DNA of 64,000 nucleotides, taken from IMG/VR virus record IMGVR_UViG_3300045391_001060, positions 3,605-67,604 of that record; one strand, written 5' to 3'. The DNA comes from a virus (Duplodnaviria > Caudoviricetes). Within the stretch, counting starts at the first letter, position 1; the number at the start of each line of letters is the position of its first letter. The position numbers and the translations under genes are program-made. The notes beneath the pieces are model-generated. The model searched no databases and was not told where the DNA came from. It was given only the letters and a program-made list of their open reading frames with translations. Positions 1 through 10,246 of the stretch are shown piece after piece.

Positions 1-1
1 C

Positions 2-715
2 GATCAACGTATCGCGCAGGCGAAGGGAATCATCAAGAAGGCAGAGACCGTCATCGCGGATGCCATCACCAACCAGAAGGGAGACGAGGCGGCCGAGGCC
101 ACCCGTATCCGCGACGAGTGGAGAGACCATCTCAAGGACCTGGAAACCTCGCGGGTCTCGATGGACGAGGAGGATAAGGAGGGCAAGGAGCACAAGCCAC
201 CGCCTGCCAATCCCCGCGTCGTCGCCCAGGCCCAGAAGTGGCACCAGAAGAACTCCTGGTACGATTTCCAAAACCGTGACCTGGACTCGAAGGTCGTCAG
301 TCTCATCGACCAGCAGGTAGCCCAAGAAGGCTACGATCCGATGACCGAGGAGTACTGGGACGAGGTCACGAAGCGCGCCAAGGCGCTCATTCCGCATCGT
401 TTCAAGGTCAAGAAGAAAGCCAAGGACGACACCGACGACGAAGACGAGGATGTCGAGGATGTCGCCGACGACGAGGATGAAGAGGACGAGAAGCCGAAAC
501 CCAAGAAGGGCGGCAAGCCGAAACCCAAGACTGGTGGACCCCGGTTCCGAACCGGCGGCCCAGGGCGGGATCTCGGCTCGAACGAAGTGCACCTGAGTCG
601 CGAGCGAATCGCCGCGCTCAAGGAAGCCGGTGTCTGGGACGATCCCAAGCTCAGAAACAAGTACTTGCAGAAGTACAAAGAGTGGGACGACCAGCACCCC
701 GATTTGGTTAACTAA
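2..715 (+). CDS. Capsid scaffolding protein, 5'-truncated
   Basis: Frame +2 is open from base 2 into the 161..715 ORF; charged helical sequence with acidic tract and short basic C-terminal helix, upstream of the capsid genes. Confidence 0.6.
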   Translation, partial: DQRIAQAKGIIKKAETVIADAITNQKGDEAAEATRIRDEWRDHLKDLETSRVSMDEEDKEGKEHKPPPANPRVVAQAQKWHQKNSWYDFQNRDLDSKVVSLIDQQVAQEGYDPMTEEYWDEVTKRAKALIPHRFKVKKKAKDDTDDEDEDVEDVADDEDEEDEKPKPKKGGKPKPKTGGPRFRTGGPGRDLGSNEVHLSRERIAALKEAGVWDDPKLRNKYLQKYKEWDDQHPDLVN

Positions 716-745
716 GAACTAGATTCACTTTAGCAGGAGCCCACG

Positions 746-1315
746 ATGGCACGCAAGCTGAACGACGCGAGACTCGGTAGCAAAGCACGCAGGGATCGTC
801 GCTCTGACTCGATCAGGGCGGAGGATCGTCGCGAGCTGGACGATCAGGAGAGACTGAACGAGTTCCGCATGTCCATGTATACGTCGATCCTACCCAACCT
901 TCCAAAGATCAAGGGGTATCACGTCATTTGGCTGACCACGAAGCACCAGTCCGACACGATCCCGGCGCGGATGCGCATGGGCTACGAGCCCATCAAGCCT
1001 TCCGAGGTGCCTGGTTTCGAGTCGTTGTCGCTCAAGACGGGTGAGTACGCCGGCATGATCGGCGTCAACGAGATGTTGGCCTTCAAGTTGCCCCTGCATC
1101 TCTTTCAGATGTACATGAAAGAAGCTCACCACGACGCGCCTATCCAGGAGGAGGAAAAGCTCTCCGAGGCATACAACGCCGTGGAAGATCAAATGCGAGC
1201 TGGTGCCCACGGTCGGGCCGGTCGCCGCATCAAGGTCGAGCGGGAGGAAGGTGTCGAGGATATCATCCAGGACCTTCCAGCGCCCAAGTTCCGTAAGCTC
1301 TACGGCGAGCGCTGA
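746..1315 (+). CDS. Head-module protein of unknown function
   Basis: 189 aa, RBS (AGGAG) upstream, between scaffold and capsid genes. Confidence 0.55.
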   Translation: MARKLNDARLGSKARRDRRSDSIRAEDRRELDDQERLNEFRMSMYTSILPNLPKIKGYHVIWLTTKHQSDTIPARMRMGYEPIKPSEVPGFESLSLKTGEYAGMIGVNEMLAFKLPLHLFQMYMKEAHHDAPIQEEEKLSEAYNAVEDQMRAGAHGRAGRRIKVEREEGVEDIIQDLPAPKFRKLYGER

Positions 1316-1350
1316 AAGGACTCGTAACCTTCTCTCAAGGAGTCAGAACG

Positions 1351-1920
1351 ATGTCAAGCACGTTCACCCCGCAGGGTTTGGTTCCGGCGTATTCCCCGTT
1401 CGGCACGGTCCGTCCGGGTCCGCTGGGTCAGATTCAATCGGGGTACGCGACGAACATCTACCAGGGCTATCCGGTCACCATCGACGCGAACGGTTTCGTT
1501 ACCGCAGCGGCGGCGGGTGCTCGGGCCACGGGGGTGTTCCAGGGTGTCGAATACATCGACGCCGAGGGTCGGCCTCGCTATGCCAACCGTTGGTTGGCGT
1601 CAACGACGCTGTTTTCGAACACGGTCTCCCGGTGCTGGATCACCATGGACTTCTCGTACCAGTATCTGTACCAGATCCAAGCGAACGCCACTCTGACGAT
1701 CGCTGCGGTCGGGCAACAGTACGACTGGGCCGCGTTGTCCGGTAACTCGGTCACGGGACTCGCGTCGATGGGCTTGGACGTTGCTTCGGCAGCGGCCAAC
1801 GCCGGTCTACAGGTCGTCGGCCTGGTGCCGGGACCGGACAACGATTGGGGCGATACGTACCCGACCGTGCTCGTTCGGATCTCCGAGAACCAGTTCGTCG
1901 CCGACGTGGCCGGCTTCTAA
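1351..1920 (+). CDS. Putative capsid decoration/cement protein
   Basis: 189 aa, small-residue-rich and beta-type, immediately before the major capsid gene; RBS AAGGAG. Confidence 0.5.
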   Translation: MSSTFTPQGLVPAYSPFGTVRPGPLGQIQSGYATNIYQGYPVTIDANGFVTAAAAGARATGVFQGVEYIDAEGRPRYANRWLASTTLFSNTVSRCWITMDFSYQYLYQIQANATLTIAAVGQQYDWAALSGNSVTGLASMGLDVASAAANAGLQVVGLVPGPDNDWGDTYPTVLVRISENQFVADVAGF

Positions 1921-1944
1921 TCAACCTGAAGGAGGCAGAAAACC

Positions 1945-2862
1945 ATGGCAAACCCCATGCGCAGTACCGACTTCAGGTCGATCGTCGAGCCGATCCTGAA
2001 CGAGGTTTTCGATGGTATCTACGACCAGCGATCCGACGAGTGGACGCAGGTGTGCAAGGAGCGGAAAGGCATTCCGCGCGCGTATCACGAGGAGCCGGTT
2101 CTGTACGGCTTCAACGCCGCGCCCGAAGTGCCCGACGGCAACCCGATCACCTACGGCCAGGGCGGCGAGCTGTTCCGTCAGCGGTACCTGTACAAGGTCT
2201 TCGGCTTGGCGTTCGCGCTCACGAGGGTCCTTGTCGAGGACGGAGATCACATCTCCATCGGCAAGATCTTCTCCGAGCATCTCGCTCAGTCGATGATCGA
2301 AACCAAGGAGACGCTGGTCGCGCAGATCTTCAACCGCGCGTTCAACGCTTCCTACCCTGGCGGTGATGGCGTTTCGATGAACAGCGCGTCGCATCCGATT
2401 GCGGCGGGCACGTTCTCGAATCTCCTGACGACCCCGGCGGCCCTCTCGCAGACCTCGGCCGAGCAGATGTTGATCCAGATCCGAAGCGCCGTCGACAACA
2501 ACGGCAAGAAGATCCGGCTCAACCCGGTGAAGTTTATCGTCAGTCCCAGCAACATGTTCCAAGCGGAGGTGATCGTTCGATCTGTGCTGCGCACCGGCGC
2601 TGCCAACAACGACCTCAACCCGATCAAGTCCATGGGCCTGCTGTCGCAGGGCGTCGCGGTTCTCAGCCGCGTCACCTCGACCACGGCCTGGTGGATCCAG
2701 AACGGGAACGTCCAGCGGGGCGTGCAGCTCATGATGCGCAGGACCCTCCAGAAGGCGATGGAGGGAGACTTCGAGACCGACAGCATGCGGTACAAGTCCA
2801 CCGAGCGGTATATTCCGGGCTGGACCGATCCGCGCGACAACTGGGGGACTCCGGGCCTCTAG
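1945..2862 (+). CDS. Major capsid protein
   Basis: 305 aa HK97-like pattern (YKVFGLAFALTR, LFNRAF-like QIFNRAF, GDFETDSMRYKSTERY), strong RBS GGAGG, followed by a terminator. Confidence 0.85.
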   Translation: MANPMRSTDFRSIVEPILNEVFDGIYDQRSDEWTQVCKERKGIPRAYHEEPVLYGFNAAPEVPDGNPITYGQGGELFRQRYLYKVFGLAFALTRVLVEDGDHISIGKIFSEHLAQSMIETKETLVAQIFNRAFNASYPGGDGVSMNSASHPIAAGTFSNLLTTPAALSQTSAEQMLIQIRSAVDNNGKKIRLNPVKFIVSPSNMFQAEVIVRSVLRTGAANNDLNPIKSMGLLSQGVAVLSRVTSTTAWWIQNGNVQRGVQLMMRRTLQKAMEGDFETDSMRYKSTERYIPGWTDPRDNWGTPGL

Positions 2863-2897
2863 GTCAGCAACAAGTATCTTCTGTGTGGTAAAAACTT

Positions 2898-2934
2898 CCG
2901 GCCCTGGGACGTGAAACCGGGGCCGGTTTTTCTT
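2898..2934 (+). terminator. Rho-independent terminator after the capsid gene
   Basis: ccggccct...ggggccgg stem followed by tttttctt. Confidence 0.75.
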
Positions 2935-2956
2935 CAAACGCGAACTGGAGAATCAC

Positions 2957-3718
2957 ATGCCTCTCAATAGCCTTTCAGTCACTCGTTTTCCGAACGGTGT
3001 CGTCAACCAAGCCGAGAACAGCATTTTCGGCGGCGCACTACCGTTCCCGGTCAATCTCGGTTATCATCAATTCAACGACGAGTTCTTCGAGTTCACCGCC
3101 GCGCAATGGACGGTGACGGAGACGCAGGCGGGCGCCACGCAGGCCATCGCGAACCCCGGCAACGGTGGTATCATCGCGCTGGTCAACACGGCGGCCGACG
3201 ACGATCTCAACGCGATCCAACGGGTCGCGGCTGGCATTACCGGCGAAGCCTGGTTACTCGATCCGGCCAAGAAGTTCTGGGCCCGGTTCGTCATCGGCGT
3301 CAGCGAGGACACCCAGGTGGACTTCATCGCCGGTCTTCAGATCACCGACACGACGCCGCTCGCCGTTTCGGATGGGTTCTTCTTCCGCAAGTCGGACGGC
3401 AGCACCACGATCAATCTCGTGGCCTGCAAGAACGCCACCGAGGCCACACTCGCGGTCGGGACGGCGCTCGTCGGGACGCTTCCGGCTTCTGGACTGCTCA
3501 CCAACGCCATGACCCTGGACTTCTTCTGGGACGGTCAGGGCGTGACGGACGGTCGGCTCTACGGCGCGCTGAACAACGTGGTCGCGGGTTACATGAACCC
3601 CGGCTCCGCCAGCTTCTGCGACGACGAGGCGCTGACTCTGTCCTTCGCGGTTCAGAATGGTGACGCGAACGCTCGGTCCATGTGGATCGACCGGGCGCTC
3701 CTGATCCAAGAGATGTAA
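2957..3718 (+). CDS. Virion structural protein, beta-sandwich type
   Basis: 253 aa, A/G/T-rich, in the structural operon, RBS GGAG. Confidence 0.5.
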   Translation: MPLNSLSVTRFPNGVVNQAENSIFGGALPFPVNLGYHQFNDEFFEFTAAQWTVTETQAGATQAIANPGNGGIIALVNTAADDDLNAIQRVAAGITGEAWLLDPAKKFWARFVIGVSEDTQVDFIAGLQITDTTPLAVSDGFFFRKSDGSTTINLVACKNATEATLAVGTALVGTLPASGLLTNAMTLDFFWDGQGVTDGRLYGALNNVVAGYMNPGSASFCDDEALTLSFAVQNGDANARSMWIDRALLIQEM

Positions 3719-3723
3719 TCACC

Positions 3724-3747
3724 GTGGGCGGCCTTCGGGCCGCCTAC
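3724..3747 (+). terminator. UUCG-tetraloop hairpin (terminator or RNA stabiliser)
   Basis: gtgggcggcc-ttcg-ggccgcctac; no clear U tract. Confidence 0.45.
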
Positions 3748-3764
3748 CTCTCCGGAGGACAGAA

Positions 3765-4454
3765 ATGCGTCCAATTTATCGAACGTACACGGCTGTCACC
3801 GACGCCGACGGTATCTCGCTAGACCAAGCGATCGCCGGCGGTGGAGCCGCGTTGACCATGACCGGCGCACTAGTCGTCGGCGGGGTAGCGACATTCACGA
3901 CCCCCCACCAGATCCAGTTCACTCCGGGTGCCGGCGACGATCTGACGGGAATCAACTTCACTCTCACAGGCACGGATCTCCACGGGAACGTCCAGAGCGA
4001 GGTCATCGCAGGGCCGAACGCCGTCGTCGCCAACTCGACCAAGTACTACCTCACCGTTACGTCGATCACGGCAGACGTTGCGGGTGGCGCGGGAGAGACG
4101 GTCTCGGTCGGCGTCAACGGAGTTACTCAGGGCGAGCCGATCCCACTCGATCAGTACGTCCCGAACTTCAACGTCATGCTCGCAGCTATCCTGAAGTCGG
4201 GCGCGGCGACTTTCACGGCTCAGTACACGTTTGACGACGTGTTCCTGAAGTACGCCCCGGCCAATACGAACTACCCTGGCCAACCGGCGGGCGATCCGAG
4301 TACCATCACCTGGTGGAACGACGCCGATATCACAGCGGCAGTTGCCAGCTCGAAAGGTAGCTTGGTGAACCCCGTCAAGGCAGTTCGTCTCAATACGGCG
4401 GCCGGTAGCGCGGGCGTCGTCGAATTTCAAGTCATCCAGCAGGGGACACAGTAA
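3765..4454 (+). CDS. Virion structural protein
   Basis: 229 aa, T/A/G-rich, RBS GGAGG. Confidence 0.5.
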   Translation: MRPIYRTYTAVTDADGISLDQAIAGGGAALTMTGALVVGGVATFTTPHQIQFTPGAGDDLTGINFTLTGTDLHGNVQSEVIAGPNAVVANSTKYYLTVTSITADVAGGAGETVSVGVNGVTQGEPIPLDQYVPNFNVMLAAILKSGAATFTAQYTFDDVFLKYAPANTNYPGQPAGDPSTITWWNDADITAAVASSKGSLVNPVKAVRLNTAAGSAGVVEFQVIQQGTQ

Positions 4455-5275
4455 TGAGCATTCGAACGAAACTCGGCGCGACACTGCTCGCGTCCGGTCT
4501 GATTGCACTCGCCTGGCTGGGCAGCTCGCTCGGCCAGAATGGCGGCGGCCCCGAAGGCGGGAACAGGGGCGGCAACCTTCCGACGAACGTCCAGGGAGAC
4601 ATTTTCTACTCGTCGGCCGCCAACACGATCGCCACCCTGAACAAGAACACGACGGCGACTCGGTACCTGACCAATACAGGCTCGAGTAACAATCCGGCGT
4701 GGGGTCAGGTCAACCTCGCGAACGGTGTAACGGGCAACCTCCCGGTCACCAACCTGAACTCTGGTACGAGCGCGTCCAGCTCGACGTTCTGGAGAGGCGA
4801 CGGCACCTGGGCGGCTCCTTCCAGCTCGTTTACGTCCACGACGGTGATGAAGACCGCCACGACGACGAGAAACAACAACACCGTCTCCGATGACCCAGAC
4901 CTGACTATCGCGAGCGTCGCCGCCGGGAACTACATGGTGGAGGGGGTACTGAAGATTGCCTCCGACGCCACGGCCGGCATGCGGGCGAGCATCCGAAGCG
5001 GCGGCACCGAGAGCAATAACCCGTTCGTCCAGATGCTCTGTATCCAGGGTGGTACAACCACGATCGGGCAGAATAACGCGGCTTTCCTATCCGACAGCAC
5101 GGTCAGCCTCGCCGGAGTTCTCAACACGACGAATGACAGTTACTGTCACTTCTCGGGCGTCTGGACCCTAACCGGCAGCGGTACGGTCGCGCTTCAATGG
5201 GCGCAGACGACGACCAACGCCCCGACGAACACGAAGGTGTACGCCGGTTCCTGGATCCGAATCAGCAGCTTCTAA
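4454..5275 (+). CDS. Fibre/spike-like protein with N-terminal signal peptide
   Basis: MSIRTK + hydrophobic core + SLG|Q; fibre-type segment [30 protein letters not shown]; beta-rich C-terminal domain. Confidence 0.55.
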   Translation: MSIRTKLGATLLASGLIALAWLGSSLGQNGGGPEGGNRGGNLPTNVQGDIFYSSAANTIATLNKNTTATRYLTNTGSSNNPAWGQVNLANGVTGNLPVTNLNSGTSASSSTFWRGDGTWAAPSSSFTSTTVMKTATTTRNNNTVSDDPDLTIASVAAGNYMVEGVLKIASDATAGMRASIRSGGTESNNPFVQMLCIQGGTTTIGQNNAAFLSDSTVSLAGVLNTTNDSYCHFSGVWTLTGSGTVALQWAQTTTNAPTNTKVYAGSWIRISSF

Positions 5276-5285
5276 GGAGATCAAT

Positions 5286-5906
5286 ATGCCAGGACCCAGA
5301 TACGTCAAGGACTTCGAGTATCCCAGCTCCTTCGGGTTCACGGGCTCGGCCAGTGACCGAAGTACGGTCATGGTGCGGCCGCACGAGCGTGCGAAGCCTC
5401 AGCGGTTCGCGCGCGGCGGGAAGGTCCGCAAAGCCGAAGGCGGGATCATCGACAAGCTGAAGAGCGTCCTCGGTGGTCAGTTTACCCAGAAGGAGGCCGA
5501 TGCGGTTCGCGACAAGGAGCTGGCACAGGCTCCTCCTCCGCAGAATCCTCCCAAAAAGGACACGATCCAGGTGAATCCCAAGGGGAGCACCGTCGACACG
5601 CTCAAGAACCAGCGCGACCGGCAGATGAAGGAGCTGGGTCTGAGGAAGGGCGGACGAGTCAAACACAAAATGAAGACCAAGGTCTTCCATGGGGCTCGCT
5701 TCCCGGCCGGTGACTTCGACTCGGACGGCGACGCGAATGGCGACTCCGACTCAGACGGGATGCGTCGGGGCGGAAAGGTCAAGCGCGCCATGGGCGGCCC
5801 GGTCAAGGCGTCCAAGGGCGGCATGCGGAAGATCGCCAAAGAGGTCGTCAAGGAGCACGTGAACTATCCGGCTCCGAAAGGCCACAAGGGCCTAAAGGGC
5901 TGCTAA
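5286..5906 (+). CDS. Basic late protein with six x-x-x-GG motifs
   Basis: FARGGKV, KAEGGII, LRKGGRV, MRRGGKV, RAMGGPV, ASKGGMR; RBS AAGGAG. Confidence 0.6.
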   Translation: MPGPRYVKDFEYPSSFGFTGSASDRSTVMVRPHERAKPQRFARGGKVRKAEGGIIDKLKSVLGGQFTQKEADAVRDKELAQAPPPQNPPKKDTIQVNPKGSTVDTLKNQRDRQMKELGLRKGGRVKHKMKTKVFHGARFPAGDFDSDGDANGDSDSDGMRRGGKVKRAMGGPVKASKGGMRKIAKEVVKEHVNYPAPKGHKGLKGC

Positions 5907-5983
5907 TCGACCTCAGGTAAGCGGCATCCACTTAATTCTGGTCGGCTGTACGAAGTAGACCGAATGTTTCAGGAGAGACAAAC

Positions 5984-7042
5984 GTGGCTACTTCGGGGAC
6001 TGTCGGGACTACCCGCTTCAACACGCGGAAGATGATTGACAACGCCTACGGGCGTTGCAAGATCCTTCGCGAGAAGATCACCTCCGAACGGATCGAGGTT
6101 GCAAACGACCTCTTGTTCCTGCGCTTGTCGGCGATGGCGAACAGGGGGATTCCTCTTTGGTGCATCCAGAAAACGATCCTGCCAATCTACCTGGCCGAGT
6201 ATTCGGTGCCGACGCCTATTGGGACCGTCGAGGTCCTCGACTTGAATCTCCGTCGGACCATGCGACCGTCAGGTACCGCTTCCTCGTCCAGCGGCACTGC
6301 GGCGAATGCGTTCGACGGAGATTTTTCGACCGCGTGCACGCAGGTGGTACCGAACGGCTGGATCCAGCTCCAGTACGACTCGGCGACCGCCATACCAATG
6401 TTCGGTATCTTGCCGAACGCTTCGGGTACCTGGAGCTATACGATTCAGGTCTCGGACGACGGTATCGCGTTCACGACGATCTATACGGCTACGGATCAAG
6501 CCGTGGTCGCGGGCGAGTGGCAGTGGTTCGATGTCGAGGGCGTCGAGGAGCACGCCTACTACCGTCTGCAAGCCGGGGCGACGACTACTCTGAACGTCAC
6601 CGAGCTGGTCTTCGCGAACACGCCGACCGAGGTGAATCTCGCTCCGCTGAACCGGGACGACTACTCGAGCCTGCCAAACAAGTTCCTCCAGAGCCAGCCG
6701 TCGCAGTACTGGTTCGATCGACAGAGGGAGCAGCCGATCATTACTCTCTGGCCGACGCCGAACGAGCAGTCGAGGCTCTGGAACCTCGTCGGGTACCTTC
6801 ACCGGCAGATCGAGGACGTAGGGACGATGGTGCAGGAGATCGAGCTACGCCAGAGCGACTATCTGGCCGTTATGGCTCGCCTCGCCGCAGATCTAGCTCT
6901 CGCCGATCCGGAAGTAACGGACCCCAACCTGATTACCTTGATCCTAAATCAGGCAGATACAGAGGGCAGAGACATGTGGGATGGCGAGAGCGACGATTCG
7001 CCGACGACGATCACACCTAACATAAGGCCATATACATCATGA
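5984..7042 (+). CDS. Head-tail adaptor with inserted discoidin/galactose-binding-like domain
   Basis: Helical adaptor-type termini (MATSGT...IDNAYGRC; PSQYWFDR) flanking AANAFDGDFST...WIQLQY...YYRL. Confidence 0.55.
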   Translation: MATSGTVGTTRFNTRKMIDNAYGRCKILREKITSERIEVANDLLFLRLSAMANRGIPLWCIQKTILPIYLAEYSVPTPIGTVEVLDLNLRRTMRPSGTASSSSGTAANAFDGDFSTACTQVVPNGWIQLQYDSATAIPMFGILPNASGTWSYTIQVSDDGIAFTTIYTATDQAVVAGEWQWFDVEGVEEHAYYRLQAGATTTLNVTELVFANTPTEVNLAPLNRDDYSSLPNKFLQSQPSQYWFDRQREQPIITLWPTPNEQSRLWNLVGYLHRQIEDVGTMVQEIELRQSDYLAVMARLAADLALADPEVTDPNLITLILNQADTEGRDMWDGESDDSPTTITPNIRPYTS

Positions 7043-7260
7043 GCAATCAGAACACCTGTATGAACTGTCGATGGGGTATTCGCCCCGCGTCCGATCCGAG
7101 CGCTCCTCTGGAGTGCCGGTTCTCTCCTCCTGTTCCGGCGATCATCGTCACACCGGGAACTGGAGCCAAGTTACCCAAGGCCGTCTGGGCCATCGTAGAC
7201 GATGACGATTGGTGCGCGAGTTGGAACAAACGAACGGAGCCGGGTTTCAACCACCCGTAA
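7039..7260 (+). CDS. Small Cys-rich protein
   Basis: CMNC...ECRFSPP...DDWC; ATGA overlap with the upstream stop. Confidence 0.5.
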   Translation: MSNQNTCMNCRWGIRPASDPSAPLECRFSPPVPAIIVTPGTGAKLPKAVWAIVDDDDWCASWNKRTEPGFNHP

Positions 7261-7263
7261 GCC

Positions 7264-7593
7264 ATGAGTGAGTGGTTAGACCCTAGCGGCCACGCAAACT
7301 TCGGTATCGGTCTCTGTGACCGATGCCACGAGAAGTTTCCGCTTGACCAGTTGCATCCCGACCCGAACTCACCGGGTCTTCGAGTCTGTCTGGCTGACCT
7401 AGATGTACTCGATCCCTACCGGCTGCCCGCTCGGCAGACGGAGAATATCGCCCTGCCCTTCACGCGACCAGACGAGCCTCTGGACGGTGGGAACGACGAC
7501 ACCGGCTTCGCGATCGCCACCAACACGCCCTTTACGATCATCGTGACCAGCGGCGGGGCCGCCATCGCCGTCTCAGGGGAGCCGACACAATGA
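7264..7593 (+). CDS. Small CxxC-containing tail-module protein
   Basis: GLCDRCHEKFPL...LRVC...RPD. Confidence 0.5.
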   Translation: MSEWLDPSGHANFGIGLCDRCHEKFPLDQLHPDPNSPGLRVCLADLDVLDPYRLPARQTENIALPFTRPDEPLDGGNDDTGFAIATNTPFTIIVTSGGAAIAVSGEPTQ

Positions 7594-8060
7594 CAGCAGT
7601 ATCCATACTCGACCTGGTAACGATCCCGCAGCTAGGCGCGGCCGATCCTCTCGACGGGACGGAAAAGGTCGTTGTGGATCAGGTAGGGGTCACGAAGCGG
7701 ACCACGACGGCAGATATTGCCGCCTTGGTCGGGGGAGGGGCATTAGCCTTTACCGCCAAACGCGCCGTGGCCGTATTGGCCGGTAATACAGATAACTGGG
7801 CTCCGGATCTCACCGACGTAGTAAGGCTCGAGTTGACGGCCGCCGGATCGGCAACCATCACCGGCCTGGCGGGTGGCACCGACGGGAGATATTTGATCGT
7901 TACAAACGTCGCAGCCAACGACATTACGCTGCTGGTGGAGAACGCTGGTTCATCAGCCGCGAATCGCTTCGCAGCGAATGGAGACATCATCCTGGATCAA
8001 GGCTGGAGTGCGACGTTCCTTTACAGTGCCGCTGCAGCCCGCTGGACTCGCGTCGGATAG
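7590..8060 (+). CDS. Short fibre-type protein
   Basis: Fibre-anchor-like N-terminus (PLDGTEKVVVDQVGVTKRTTTADIA) and beta-rich tip. Confidence 0.5.
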   Translation: MTAVSILDLVTIPQLGAADPLDGTEKVVVDQVGVTKRTTTADIAALVGGGALAFTAKRAVAVLAGNTDNWAPDLTDVVRLELTAAGSATITGLAGGTDGRYLIVTNVAANDITLLVENAGSSAANRFAANGDIILDQGWSATFLYSAAAARWTRVG

Positions 8061-8069
8061 GAGGACGCT

Positions 8070-9788
8070 ATGCTGAAGAAACTACAATACTTGCTTCTCG
8101 GGTTCGGGATCGCCATCGGTCTCGACTGGGCCTGGGCACAGACCCCGACCATCTTCAATAATATTCAGGTCAATCAGCAGAGCGATCTGAGGGGGAACGT
8201 TCTCAATTCGACGGGAACGCTTACCCTCGCCGATACCGTGTCCGTAACGGGGAAATTGAGCACGGCAGCTTCGGCACTTGGAGGAGCCGGACTCAATCTC
8301 CCGGCCGGTACCGCACCCACGTCTCCCGTGGACGGGGATGTTTGGACTACCACCGCCGGTCTATTCGCCCGAATCAATGGAGGTACCGTTGGCCCTTTCT
8401 CTGCGGGTGGGAGTCCCGGCGGGATGGATACCTACGTCCAATTCAACGACAGCGGAGCCTTCGGTGGTGATGCCGGGCTTGTGTATGCCAAGGCGTCGCA
8501 GATCCTCCAGATCACTAACCTGAATATCGCGCGATCCGGACTATCCTTTCTAACCCTGAACAACACAGGCGCGTCGGCCAACCAGAAGAAAACCGTCTTC
8601 CACACCGAGAACGGCTTCGCGGGATTCTGTCAACTGTCCGATGCAGAGAGCGATCCGAGTGTGGTTTGCGACGTGGGCCACGCCTCTCGATCCCCGTTCA
8701 GTTGGACCAATACCGGAACCAATATCGACTTCACGCTGATGTACGGCGACGGGGTGGATATCGAGAGCTTGTCCGGGGGTCTGACCTTCGATAGCGGCGG
8801 GACGAACATCGCGCTGTCTTCAAACGGCGAGCTGGATCTCGTCGCCAGCACATTCATCAGCACGGGGAACAGCCTGCTGAAGACGAGGGCGAGCAATGCC
8901 ATTCAGGGGGCCGGACTCAATCTCCCCCATGGCACCGCTCCGGGTACGCCGAGTAACGGTGATCTCTGGACAACGACGGCCGGTCTGTTTGCTCGTATCA
9001 ATGGCGCTACGGTCGGGCCTTATGGTGCGGGAAGTTCGCCTGGCGGATCGAACACGCAGGTTCAATTCAACGATAGCTCGGCGTTCGGTGGAGACGCCGG
9101 GCTCACGTACGACAAGGCAACTGACAAGCTGACGGTCGCTGGCGCGGTCATCGCCGGAGTCGGTACGGTTAACGACGCCAGTTTCCAGTTCTCCGGTGAC
9201 GCTAATACCGGAATGTTCAATCTCGGAGCCGATCACCTCGCGCTGACTGCTGGTGGCTTCTCTTACGTGGACATTACCGGCGCGTCTTCGAGGGTGGATC
9301 TGATCGCGAATACAAGTGCATCGCAGATCAGACTCCAGGCTCCGTCCACCGTCACCATCTGGGCAGCGACGTTGAACGGCGGAACTTCCGGCAACGTCGA
9401 CATGACTCCGGAATCTGGGTCTTTCACAGTCAACTACGACACCGGCTGCACGACCACTCCGAGTCAAACCGTGACTTGGAAGAGACAGGGGAACGTCGTG
9501 ACGATGTCCGGAACGGCGGACTTCACTTGTACGAATGACGCCGTGGCCTTCCAGGATACCTCCAACCCCATGCCGACTTCGATCCGACCGGCTGGAAACC
9601 GATTCGTCTACGGGGTGCCCGTCAATCGGAACTCGGTTCTAACAAACAACTCGTGTTTCGAGGTTTTCACGACGGGGACCTTTAGCATTCGCCCGGTTAC
9701 AGCAGCGGCCGATCTAAATTGTAACGGCTCGTTTGGTTCTTCTGGCACGGCTGGACTTCCGTCATGGACGATAGCATATCCCTTGTAG
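8070..9788 (+). CDS. Tail-fibre-like protein with signal peptide and internal duplication
   Basis: MLKK + hydrophobic core + AWA|Q; two copies of a roughly 70 aa unit containing QVQFNDSxAFGGDAGL. Confidence 0.6.
   Translation: MLKKLQYLLLGFGIAIGLDWAWAQTPTIFNNIQVNQQSDLRGNVLNSTGTLTLADTVSVTGKLSTAASALGGAGLNLPAGTAPTSPVDGDVWTTTAGLFARINGGTVGPFSAGGSPGGMDTYVQFNDSGAFGGDAGLVYAKASQILQITNLNIARSGLSFLTLNNTGASANQKKTVFHTENGFAGFCQLSDAESDPSVVCDVGHASRSPFSWTNTGTNIDFTLMYGDGVDIESLSGGLTFDSGGTNIALSSNGELDLVASTFISTGNSLLKTRASNAIQGAGLNLPHGTAPGTPSNGDLWTTTAGLFARINGATVGPYGAGSSPGGSNTQVQFNDSSAFGGDAGLTYDKATDKLTVAGAVIAGVGTVNDASFQFSGDANTGMFNLGADHLALTAGGFSYVDITGASSRVDLIANTSASQIRLQAPSTVTIWAATLNGGTSGNVDMTPESGSFTVNYDTGCTTTPSQTVTWKRQGNVVTMSGTADFTCTNDAVAFQDTSNPMPTSIRPAGNRFVYGVPVNRNSVLTNNSCFEVFTTGTFSIRPVTAAADLNCNGSFGSSGTAGLPSWTIAYPL
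8286..9120 (+). repeat. Diverged direct repeat of about 210 bp (8286-8495 and 8910-9120)
   Basis: Both copies start gccggactcaatctccc and encode GLNLP...WTTTAGLFARING...QFNDS.AFGGDAGL. Confidence 0.85.
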
Positions 9789-9814
9789 AGTTTAAGAGCA
9801 CAAAGTGGGGAGAC

Positions 9815-10246
9815 ATGGAAGCGGATTGGACGTTCAAGGATCTAGTTCTGGGCGCAGTAGGGGTCGTAGTCGGCCTCATCGCCTGGTTTGGTCGTCGTGA
9901 TGTCCGTCGCTTCGACGACGGCTTGGATCGTATCGCGGCCCTGGAACGCACGATCGTAACACGAGAGGAGCTGGAGAGGCGGCTAGAGAAAATGGAACAG
10001 GAATTGGAGAAGCGTCTTGAGAAGATGGAGAAGGGGCTCCTAGGCATGCACAAGGAGAATACCAACTTCCTGACTCGGATCGACTCCAAGATTGAGTCCT
10101 ATGAGAAGCGTCGGGCGAGGACCGAGCATTCGATCCGTGACATGGCAGGGGCTTTGAACTTGAAGGTGATTCTCGTAGGCCAGAAACTCGGCATCGACCT
10201 TCCGTCAAGCCCGGTGCTTCCAGCCCTGGATGAGGACGAAACCTAA
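9815..10246 (+). CDS. Holin-like single-TM plus coiled-coil protein
   Basis: Start moved to ATG 9815 (RBS GGGGAG); TM LVLGAVGVVVGLIAWF then RR; tandem ELE(R/K)RLEKME; abuts the endolysin. Confidence 0.5.
   Translation: MEADWTFKDLVLGAVGVVVGLIAWFGRRDVRRFDDGLDRIAALERTIVTREELERRLEKMEQELEKRLEKMEKGLLGMHKENTNFLTRIDSKIESYEKRRARTEHSIRDMAGALNLKVILVGQKLGIDLPSSPVLPALDEDET

Noticed and set aside
1921-2937. Long antisense ORFs opposite the capsid and other genes (e.g. 6055..7020, 21595..22410)
   Set aside because: Expected in high-GC coding DNA; no RBS or protein-like motifs
8286-9120. Duplicated segment as a DGR template/variable repeat pair
   Set aside because: Both copies are in frame within one gene, differences are not adenine-specific, and no reverse transcriptase is present
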